Shown: one piece after another, positions 53,497 through 64,000 of the stretch
How positions within the stretch are numbered: the stretch's first letter is position 1
How the letters are laid out: every line of letters starts with the position of its first letter
NCBI RefSeq assembly: GCF_008831285.2
Contig: NC_045138.2
Coordinates: 1,612,001-1,676,000 of the forward strand
Reading direction: 5' to 3'
Length of the DNA stretch: 64,000 nucleotides
From: Nymphaea colorata
Lineage: Eukaryota
Translations under genes and position numbers: made by a program
The notes under the pieces: generated by a model
Databases searched by the model: none
Told to the model about the DNA's origin: nothing
The model's input: the letters and a program-made list of their open reading frames with translations, nothing else

Positions 53497-56400
53497 TTAT
53501 ACCTTTCTGCCCTCCTCCCCGATTATCCATCTGGTTAATCTGCTTGGGTCTGCCGCAGAAAATTTGCAGGTGGCAGTGATCCCAAGGTCTGATCCTATAT
53601 GCTCATACTCCCTTAATGCTGCTTCCATCTCTAACGCAACATTATTGTCATCTGCTCCTTCCATTATTGGCAGCTGCAAGACTTCTGCGTAGTGTTTCTC
53701 CTTCTCTGGCTCGTGCTGGAATGGCTCCAGAGCAGGGCCCTGCTTGTATTACAAATTTTTGTCTTTGTTCAATACATCTCATGTATTATGAATTCCAGGA
53801 GATTGTAGTGACCATATAAAGCCAGTAATCCAGGATAATACTATGAAATATCATGTTTTCAAAGCCTTATCAAGAGCAATATAAAGAATTTTAAAAAAGT
53901 GATAAAATTAATCAAATTCCAAAAAAGACAAAAAGTATTCATGATGTTCACAAGAGAAAACTAACTTCACCCTTTAACTGTTCAATGTTTAACAGTACAT
54001 TGTTTCAGAAAGATCCCTGAGATTTTTCTCAAGAAAAAGTTGCACAAGCATTTGTGGCTCTAACTCAAATGCTAAATTTGCAATGAATCCCTGAGACCTA
54101 CATTACAACCTATTAGTGAACAAACTTGCAACAGAGTCGGCATTGTATCAATTCATGTGAAAACATTTATGTCAAAACAAAAAGACAAAGGCATCTTTGT
54201 GTTTGTATTTGTTTTTTTTTTTGTTTCTTGCTTCAAAAATGCATCTCAGACATAGAGACAAGCACTACTAAACAACTATGGCATCTAGTCTTTCCAACTT
54301 TGCCAATCATTTTCAGCAGTGTATGCATTAATAAGCATGATCATGGTTTCTAAATCAAGACCACAAAGTACTTTAGCACATCAAATAAACACTACAGGTA
54401 GGTTTTAGATTGTAATGCCTAATCCTGCAAATTGAATCAAAACCTACCTGACATAGTTCTGCATAATGCAAGTATATTTCACTACTTTCATCTTGGTCAA
54501 ACAGAAGGTTTCCATCGTACAAACTATTGCTGTTGCCGCCAGAAGTCATTGCAAGGTACCTAAAAAAAACACCACATAGAAAAATAATGAAGTTCGGAGA
54601 AAAATAATGAAGTATGCCTACATAGACAAAGACAAGATGCATATAGCAAAAAATTATATAATTTAAAAAAATGACACATTACCGAGAGTTTCAATAAGTT
54701 TAACAGATAAAGATAAAAATCCCAAGAACCAAAGGGGTTGAGTAGCATGCATCAACCCAAAAGAAGATAGGTGTTGGCTAACCCTTCTGGTATCAGTTAT
54801 ATTTGAACGTCATACTAATGCAGTCAGAATCATCATTGACTGCAATTCTATCTAGTAGAGAAATAAAGGAGAAAGAAAACAACAAAAACTAATGTGAGTA
54901 AGGTACAGTCGCATGAAGGTAAAGAGTAACCTAAATCAATAGAAACATGCTGCCTTGTCCTCTAAAGTCTAAATGCAACATGCACCATTAAAATAAAAAT
55001 TACTATATGTTTATCATATAACCCACCTCTGGAAGATATCCTCCTCACACACATCACCAGAGAAAAGCCAACTTAATTCACAGAAATTATCTGCACTCAT
55101 GTCCTCTTGAGATTTCATGGCTGTGCTGTCCTGTGACGAAAATTTTGAAACACTGGAGTTGTCCCCATACTTTCTTTGACCAAACAGCCAGTTGGGACTC
55201 TTCAGCTGAATCTCACTGCAAATGGAAAAGAAACATTTAACAAAGACCAGGTTTTATGCTACAGCTACCAACATAATACCATCCAAGAGAGCAGCAAAGC
55301 TCAAAAAAGGCATACAGCAGCACACTTGAGATGAGAAAAGTTAAAGAACTACACTAACTAACAAAAAATAAACAGGAAGCAGAGAAAGACTCAGCACTTC
55401 ACGACACCTTAAAGCATATTACTGAAGACTGGAAGCATTTTATAGATAAATACTTGTTGGAAGGAAGATTTAACCAACAAATGAATTAAAAGATGTGGAT
55501 GCCCAACTTCAAGCAAAACCAGAGGATCACTCGTCTAAATGTTTCAGACATTTCTATCCATCAGGGAGAACAAACCATACGCTGCATCAGGAGCCATTCC
55601 GGAAATGCTTGAAGCAACTTTAACATCAGGTTCACGGGAAAGCCGCACATTCTTTATTGAACTGCAGGTTCTTTCAATCAATTTGTCAAATGATGTTAAT
55701 TTCATTCTGGAGAAATCTTCTCTACAAGCTGGAACAGGGTACAGATTAGTTCCGGCTCCTATGATAGACATAGCATCTGGCGATAAGCTGCATAACAGCA
55801 AATAAACAAATGAAAGAAAATGTTATCAATGCAAGTAAACTACTAAATTGTATTACGTTGAGACAAACATGCATACTCAAACAAAACATAAGAATAGCAA
55901 TCAACGAGAATAGCACTACCTGTTATACTGGGCTGACTCCTCGCCCATCCCAGATACATGAAGATAATAATCTGAGTCCAACTCCCATAAAGCTGGCTTT
56001 CCCTCTTGAGGTTGGAAGTACCCCAAAAACCTAATCACAAGAAATTTAAGCCAACATGGCAAATACAGACTAATAATAATTTCCAAAACCAAATCAATGG
56101 AATCAATAGACAATCACACAACCAAGTAGCATTTACAGAATCAATTTGCCTCAGATCAAATACACACAATGTAAAACACATGAACAACCCAGAAGGAAGA
56201 ATACAAGTTCATTGCGTCTTGCTTTTCACCATCCGTGTAAGTATTGCTATAGTAGCGTTTTATTGATTTTAGGAACTCGCGTGACTGAGTTGTAGCTTTC
56301 CACTTTCCTTGCCTTTCAGTCAAAACCTGGTTCATGCATGAAATCAACTCCTGCTAATGTTTGTATAAATCCCAATCTCAAACACTAGAAGTGGGGGAGG

Positions 56401-59400
56401 CGCTAGGGAGAAGAGGGAGAAAAGGTGAGGTATTGGAGGAAGGAAACATACAGTATTATGTGCAGCAGAGCCTCCATATTGAAGTGCAAGAGCATCACCC
56501 ATACTCTGATACATATCTGTAAGTGCTTCAGAAATGCTACTATCTGGATCCACTTTAGGCACATCTGACAAACCCATTGCATGTAATTGACGGCCTAAAG
56601 CTGCCAATCCATAGGCATACTGAGCAACATTTGTACGATCCAAGCAGTCAATGCAATTTGTACGCAACACACCATTCTGGAAACGAGGTTCTGAGCCTGT
56701 ATCCTTAGTGCTCTTTTGCTGTTGATCAGCTTCATTCTCTCTGTCTCGATTTGACATTGAGTTTAAATAGTCAGTCACACCTCCAATTTTTGCCAGCTCA
56801 ACAGAGTTTGTTCTGAAGTTTACAAAGAAGAAACTGTATGAGAAACTAGGAATCTCCAACGAGCTACACTATAAATTTTATAATTCCATGAGTGAGAGCC
56901 AGAATGCTCAAGAAACATTTTCAGTTGGACAACAATGTGATACAAATCTAGAGAAAACCATTGACACGATTCAACAAGTCCTACAGAAAGTCTAGGCAAC
57001 ATTGCAAGACATTTCAGAACACCATTCACATCATTCAATAAGTTCTATGAAAACCCCTCTGCTGAGATGCAATCAAAATTCACAAAGTTGACTACAGGAG
57101 AATTTACAATTAGCTGAAAATTTATCAACTGGGATCTGCACACCTGCAGTTTGTCAATTAAGAAAAAAGATGAGCTATAGTGTGTTATTCCTAATATGGT
57201 ACTTTCTAAAGACAACTACACATTCTGCAGAAAGAGCCACCTGGAAAGCTAATGCAGGGAATTTCATGTAGATCAATTTAAATGTGTACAGAAATTTGAA
57301 GTTCATGATAATCCCATTTTCCAAGCAAAAGTTCATACTAAGAATATCAGTTCAATACACCACATAATTGGCCTCTAAACATGGAAGAGTAGTAGGGTAT
57401 ACTAGTCCTTCTTATCTACATTAAATCAAAAGCATGATAGTTCCTGCCAAAAATCTGAGACTATCCAACCATCTTCAAAACCCAGAAAGTTAAAGAGCTA
57501 ACTTCCTTTTTGACTTGAGCAAACCAAGCCACACTCTTCAGATGACAAACTTTCTTGCTTAAACATATCATGTAACATAGAGGACTTAATTCATGTGTGT
57601 TGAAGTATTTTGATGGTCTTGGAACCGGGTCTGGACCTGGACCCGATCCAGGTTGTAGCTCTAATTGGGCATTACTTAAGTCTTTGTAACCCTCATTTTT
57701 GTGTGTAAATGAAATTTTTAGTGAGAGAGTGTCTGGCTGCAAGTGAGCGCCAGGTATTCCCTATCGTGATTTTTTATCCCTCGAGTAGAGGGTTTTCCAC
57801 GTTAAGATCTTTTCATCCAGTTTTTCCTATTTTCTACAATGTGCTTATATTAAATAATGAATAGAAACCGTTGAACTGCAAGCTGACATGAAAACCAACA
57901 TAGGAGATGAAGTATGGACTATAAATGTTCAGGATACTAACTTAATGCAAACCTGTAAAGTATGATATATAAGAGCTAACCTTGTACTTGTCCGACTCAG
58001 TTGATTCATTCTCTTTTTAGGTACAGTGCGCTTTCCACTGTAGTAAAATCCAGTCAAATCAAGTGCTTCACTTGCTACAGCACCCAAAACTGCCAACACA
58101 TTGGCCGACTTGCTGTCGGACACAATTCATAAAGAACAGGCTTATCAGCTTATAGAAGACATGATGCACAGATACTTCATTTAAATCACACACCTCTTAG
58201 CAAATTTATGGAAGTCCCAGTGAATAAACTTCAGATGCTTGTCTTCTGGAAGGATCTGGTTTAGATATCCAACAGCACTTGCAAATTCACGCCTCAACAT
58301 CATTTCTCTGGGCCGTTTCTCAACTGTCTATTTTTCAGACATGAGTTAGCAGGCTGAGGCTTACTCTATGATTTGTTAAAAGAATAATTTCATTTCCATG
58401 CTAAAATGCGTGGGACACAGATCACTTTATCTGAAAAACAAGAATGTCAAGAAAGGCTGGTAAAAACAGGGAAATATGAGAAACTCGTGAAAAAGCTCTT
58501 TTAAGAAGTCTGTCAGCAATCAGAGAAGAGCTCATAGAAAGTGCGTATCAGTTTAATGATTCCAAGGCTATCTAGCAAGTCTTGAAAAGAGTACTCCATA
58601 ACCCTACGTCAATAAGGGAGTGCACAATACTATGCTTTTGTACAACAACAAATTTCTGGAAAGAACTGGAAATTTTGAGAACAAGATGCATTGGCCTCTT
58701 GAGCACAGTAGCAACCCACCTTAATTAAGTTCAGCACAATGATCGGATTCCCATATCTGCAAGCAAGGTCTTCAAAATGCAACTTTGTCGCTTGGTATGT
58801 TGGATCATATCGCTGCACTAAAACAAAAAAGCAACCAAACGGTTCAAGAGAAACTCAAGAAATGAGCGACTGCAATGCAACTAGGCATATAAAATTATAA
58901 ATCAATGAAAAATGCACAAAGTTCAAAAATTCTTTAACTTACAGATTATATCAGGCTTGGGGCTGAACCTAGAAGTCTCCTGCGACCAGAATAGAGGAAT
59001 TGAACCTCGCATCTGAACCACTGAACTCATTTTTCCCTTGAAAGACCCAGCCTCCTCATCAAGGACTATCTGTTCTGTTTCAACATCATTTGCCACACGG
59101 CCTCTATCATTAACTCCTCTCTTCAAGTATCTGCCAATCATACAAAAATGTAAATTGAAGCCGCCAGCAGACGTTATTCCAGACATTTGAAATATTAAAA
59201 CATATCAAGGAAATATTTAGCATCACTTGAAACATGACCAGATGTGGCAACATCACAGATGTAAGACTTGACATGATTCAAAAATATGGTTTAGAGTCTT
59301 TAGACAGTCAAAGGGGTTGGCCTAATGGGAAGGGGTGCAGCTGCTAGGTGGGGCAGTCAGCACTTCAAGTCCCATATGTCCCACATTCTTGCACAAGCCA

Positions 59401-60925
59401 AAGCATGACATATCTCCTGGGTTTAAGGAGGTGGCACTCACAGGGGTTTTTACCACTGTTCCTAAGAGGGTCAGGACTAGGTTTCCCTTTGATATCATCA
59501 GAGCTAAGAGGAAATGTCAAAGTCAAGGGCATCTCTGTACATATTTTTACAATATATTATCTCTGAGTCTCTGACTAAACGAGCAATAGCACAACAGCCT
59601 ATGCATTCCCTCAACATAATTGATTCACTACAGCACTACAGGGAGGCGGTGTTGCAGGAGTTTAGTAAACAACGATAACAACATTCTTCTTTGGCTATGG
59701 ATTCCACATTGCAAGCCAATAACAAACACATTCCAGAAGAGAAAATATAAAATTATCAGATGAAACAAATGCCTCTGGAAAAGGCACCAAGGCAACAAAC
59801 TTATGGCAATTAAAGGATGACCTTTTGATCTACAAAAATGCAAAAATGCACAATTAGTTACTTCTATAATACCACAGTTGAGATATGATTTGAAATATGG
59901 TTACCAGGTTGCCCAGGTTCCATTCACCTATGGATGACAATGGTCCAGGTTCAGATTTAAAAAGAAAAAAGGAAAACAAATGCTGAACCTTATTAGCTGG
60001 GTTTGTAAGTCAAATATGAATCACATTATGCTGTGCTAGTTTTCAAAAATCAAATAAGGATTTGGATTAACTGAAGAACTAAATCTGATTGAATAGTTGA
60101 TATCACGTAAAAGGTTGCCCCTTCAACAGGAACAAGAGATGCACAATCGCACATTCTCTATCACCCAGCACACCACACAGATACCTATTTTCTCCTGTGT
60201 GTTAACTGCATGCAATATGCATCAATTCTTTCGTCCACTTTCTCAGTCTTACTTTCAAATCAGCCCAATAACATACCAGATTTCAGGTTGAACCTCAATC
60301 TTGCGATGTTTAATCGAACAAAGAATGGTTTCGGATGGAATAGGAATGTGAATTTAGTAAGGTTAAATCCAACCAATTCTGCTTTTACTAAAGCCTACAT
60401 CCAAGCCAAGTCCAATCCATTTGTATTTGCAGTTGCATAATGACCCTAGTATGGTTGGTTAAACTTAAAGGACATGGTAATTATGTTAATAATTTAAAAT
60501 TCATGTATACTGAAATACTTTAGAGAACAAGGGATGAATATGGAGTTGATACAGGTGTCCTCTAAATAATTAGACCACCAACTTGTCTTGAAAAACACAA
60601 AATCAAGGTTATACCGATCAACAAGCATTTTCTGTCGAATATCAGATAATATTTGACACTTACCAATTATCATTTTTCCTTTTGCAAAATGGTTCTTGCA
60701 TTATATAAACTCTTTGCTTTGCATCAGTATATAAACAAATCACTACTCAAGCCCCAACAATTTCTTTGAAAAAGGGAAATTACCTTTCACAAGAATAATC
60801 ATATAAATGCAATAAATGCTAAATCTAAGTATTTGAGATGACATGTACCTTGTTCCTGCAAAATGACGGGAACGTCGAGAGATGAGACATACAGCAAACT
60901 CCCTCCCAAATATTGATAGTCTGAC
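53497..60925 (-). CDS. SAC1: SAC-domain phosphoinositide phosphatase, plant SAC1 / FIG4-like; 3' 12 exons (5' exons beyond the window)
   Basis: Exons 60925-60849, 59130-58943, 58817-58720, 58327-58194, 58112-57981, 56833 (or 56812)-56452, 56326-56205, 56030-55920, 55787-55581, 55215-55027, 54559-54448, 53739-53497. Motifs [38 protein letters not shown], catalytic [31 protein letters not shown]. Confidence 0.95.
57598..57838 (+). mobile_element. Solo LTR (241 bp, copia-like) in a SAC1 intron
   Basis: TG...CA termini (TGTTGAAG ... TTCTACA); perfect 5-bp TSD ATGTG at 57593-57597 and 57839-57843; GGGTTTTCCACGTTAA motif resembles CCACGTTAA in the LTR at 2639. Confidence 0.85.
59313..59510 (+). 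mobile_element. Possible degenerate tRNA-derived SINE in a SAC1 intron
   Basis: A-box-like TGGCCTAATGG (59318) and B-box-like CTTCAAGTCC (59363) at tRNA-like spacing; no cloverleaf; no clear tail or TSD. Confidence 0.35.
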
Positions 60926-61667
60926 CTGCCATAATAAACATAATTTTTGAAAATGCAGAAAATAATGCAGCTGATAGGAGACAGAAGCTTCACGAAAACA
61001 GAGGCCTGTGCACTGTCCACACATGGACACCCACCCCATGAAGTTGTAAGGTTTCAAAACCTACTGACCCAGGCCTCAACTTGGAGTGAATAGACTCATG
61101 GCTCGCTGGGCCAACTCGGCGACTCACCTTGTTTTGGCAACTTCATTTTTCCCATACAGTATACTTACATATGCATAAAATAGTGATTTTAATTCATTAT
61201 AACACTGATATATTACACATAATATGCAAAATAATTTATAGGTATATACAAGTTACAAGCTTTGGTAATATATCTAGTACAATACATAATTACTGTATAT
61301 AAAGTTTTGGAACCATTTGCACAGTATATTTGTGTGATTGTCAGGCATATAGCCGATGGGTTGGAGAAAGTTCAGGAGGGGTTTTTAGAGTCGGGCCAGC
61401 AGGGACAGAGTCTTCCCTGCATAAGAGCGAGTTATGTTTGTAGGTTGATGGATCGGGTGGATGATGAATCTCAATAACCCACCCATAATACTGGAACAGA
61501 GTATATAAGTCTTAAGGGGGAGTTAACCCTAATCATAATGACAATTATTGACTTTCTGGTGGATGCTGTGCTTTCACGAGAGCTGTGTGCATGAGTTAAT
61601 CTCCCATGTTAGCGAGAGGCTAATAGTGATATACACACATCATATCCATGACTAACTCGGTTAAACC

Positions 61668-64000
61668 CTATGTCACATAGGTACGGGTGCGGGTACGGTT
61701 GCCGGTGCGGGTACAGGTACAGACCATTTTTAAAAAACTTGGGTACGGGGGTACGGCCGTACACACACATGTATATATGTCAAAAAATTTCAAACCGAAT
61801 AACATATTTAGACATATATATATAAAAAATTACAAACATAATAACATATTCATAAATCATAATCCAAAATTTATCAGTCTTGATTCTCATTTTCCTCAGT
61901 CGCGTAATTAACATTCAAAATACATCAGCTTTGTTAATTCTCATTCTCCTCAGTCACATCATCAAGATTAGAAGGAACAACAAGTTCTGTAAGATCCATA
62001 TTAAGAGCATGCAAATCATGTTCTCCTTCAAGGTCTACGTCAATGTCCTTTGGATTAACATCCCAATACTTGGATGATCCTGAACTGCAAGTTGCAACAA
62101 AATCAAAATATGATTTAAGTTAATATTAATTTTAAACAACCAACAAAATAATAATATACATATGTATTATGTATACATATCAAAGATACGAAAAGAAAGA
62201 AATACCTGTAATCATCTGAAGTACGTGAAAGTAAGCATAGGTTGGAGAGGACATAAACTAAATCTTCTGCTCGCTTACTAGTTAGCTGATTTCTCTTGAT
62301 GTTGTGAATTTGAAAATAAGTGCTCCAATTTCTTTCACAACATGAAGAGGTTGCAGGTTGAGATAATAACTTCAATGCAAGTTGATGGAGATTTGGTGTC
62401 ATGCTCCAAAACATAACCACCAATGAACAAGATCTTCTTCATCTCTTGCCATTGCAGCTTGTATTGAATAATTTCTTCCACCAGAGAAGGTCGCAAAATC
62501 ATTATTTATTATCTTCAACCGATGAGGATCAAAAAATAGTCTTCCCAAACATATCTCCCTATTTTTTGATATTTCTGGATCTTGATTAGGAGGAACACGA
62601 CCAGTACCTCCTGCAAACCATGTTTGTCCATAATATTTGAGATTTAAGGAGTGTGCCATACAATGCAAAGGGTTATTGCTTCTGTTCCATCTTCTTACTA
62701 AAATTCTATGCACATGATCGAAAAACTCAGAATCATCAAGTGCAACATTCTTCTTCTCATGCCTAAAAATGATGCTTTGAATTTTTTCAATCATGTTATC
62801 CCACATATCATAAACTTCATGAAGCATGGACCCTTCTTTATCAACTTCTCTCCGCATCTGTCAAATAGGTTCTGTAAACTGCAGAAAATATGTAACTTTA
62901 TCCCACCATTCATCATCTAAAAATATTTTTTTTAATCTCTGATGCCTTCACAATTTCATCATTCCGATAAAAGTCACAATCATTGTCAGTCACCATAAGT
63001 GTTAATACATGTTTCACTTGCTTTATTCTTTTTATCATTACAATAATGGATGCAAAACGAGTCTCTGCTACCTTCAACAATTTCAAATCAGAATGCCTAT
63101 TAAATATAGCAAGAGCATTGTTGTGGTTTACAACAAAATTTCTGATGTTTCTAACATCATGCTCAAGCTCCTCAATCCATGAACACAACAAACCTGCATT
63201 TGGATCATCTTTTGATGGGTTGCAAATACTTTTAAGTGCTAAATTTATACTGTGTGCCACACAAGGAGTCCAAAATATGTGACTATATTTGAGATCACTT
63301 GCCAAATTCATCCATGCTCGTTGGCAAACTGGAGCATTATCAATAACAATTTGCACAACATTATCCTCACCCACTTCTTTGATGACTTCTATAAATAGCC
63401 CTTTTAAATACTCAGCATCTTTATACTCCTCAGATGCATCAACAGATTTCAAGAAGATTGGTCCATCAAGCGAATAAGCAATAAAATTTATCAGTGGCCG
63501 CCTTTGTATATCAGTCCACCCGTCAGAAACAATGGATACTCCATATTGTATCCATGAAAATTTCTTCTCTAATAATTTTTCAATGTTTGCCTTCTCTTCT
63601 GCAAGAATTACTATTCTCAACTTCTCTGAACTCGGGGGTACATAACCACTCAAACTGCAATTAGCCAAACCTGTAACAACATTTTTCCAATAAGGACTTC
63701 TAGCTACATTAAAAGGAAGTGAACTTGCAAAAAAAAACCTTCTGATCCTTCTATCCATCTCTGCCCTTCCCATATTATTGAATGCTTGTGATAATGTTTT
63801 TCTTTTCTTTGAACCATCTTCACCTTGTTCAATAGCATAAAGAGGAACATATACACTTGACTTGGCTGAAGATTTCTTCGTCCCAGCTGCATCCTGTTCT
63901 TTTTTGAATATCTGAATCTCCTCTTTGGTAACTTTTGGGCATGGTCTAATTGCAACGCTTGAGATATGCAAGAAATGTGCTTTGCAACGTGTATAAGAGC
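61668..64000 (-). mobile_element. hAT DNA transposon with disrupted transposase, in a SAC1 intron; continues past the window end
   Basis: Terminus CTATGTCACATAGGTACGGGTGCGGGTACGG at 61668. Transposase motifs: end of BED finger (KAHFL...C), SIVSDGWTD, IFWTPCVAHSINL, ETRFAS, LLSQPATSSCCERNWS. Frameshift near 62920, TGA near 62862, frameshift near 62400. Short intron at about 62205-62085 before an acidic tail. Confidence 0.95.

Overview
Eukaryotic nuclear DNA from a flowering plant: AT-rich, with long spliceosomal introns, (TA)n/(GA)n microsatellites and many TE relics. The species cannot be determined from the sequence. There are four protein-coding loci, all on the minus strand: exon 1 of chloroplast NDH subunit T (NdhT/CRRJ) with a Ty1/copia element in intron 1; a complete 10-exon RanBPM-like SPRY-LisH-CTLH-CRA gene; a complete 16-coding-exon HAC1-like p300/CBP histone acetyltransferase; and the 3' part of a SAC1/FIG4-like phosphoinositide phosphatase with a defective hAT transposon in an intron. 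The window also holds three tRNA genes (two Ala-TGC, one Arg-TCG), a local duplication of an NdhT-exon-1/tRNA-Ala block, several hAT-type MITEs with 8-bp TSDs and a solo LTR. I see no clearly new biological system. The best leads are a 2.9-kb PIF/Harbinger-like element with ~300-bp inverted arms carrying an ACC-oxidase-like exon fragment, a cluster of uORFs in the HAC1 leader, a hAT transposase relic with its matching MITE, a U12-like intron, a GC-AG intron, and a template-switch hairpin in the NdhT pseudo-exon. Coordinates were read by eye, and homolog comparisons come from recalled family motifs, not database searches.
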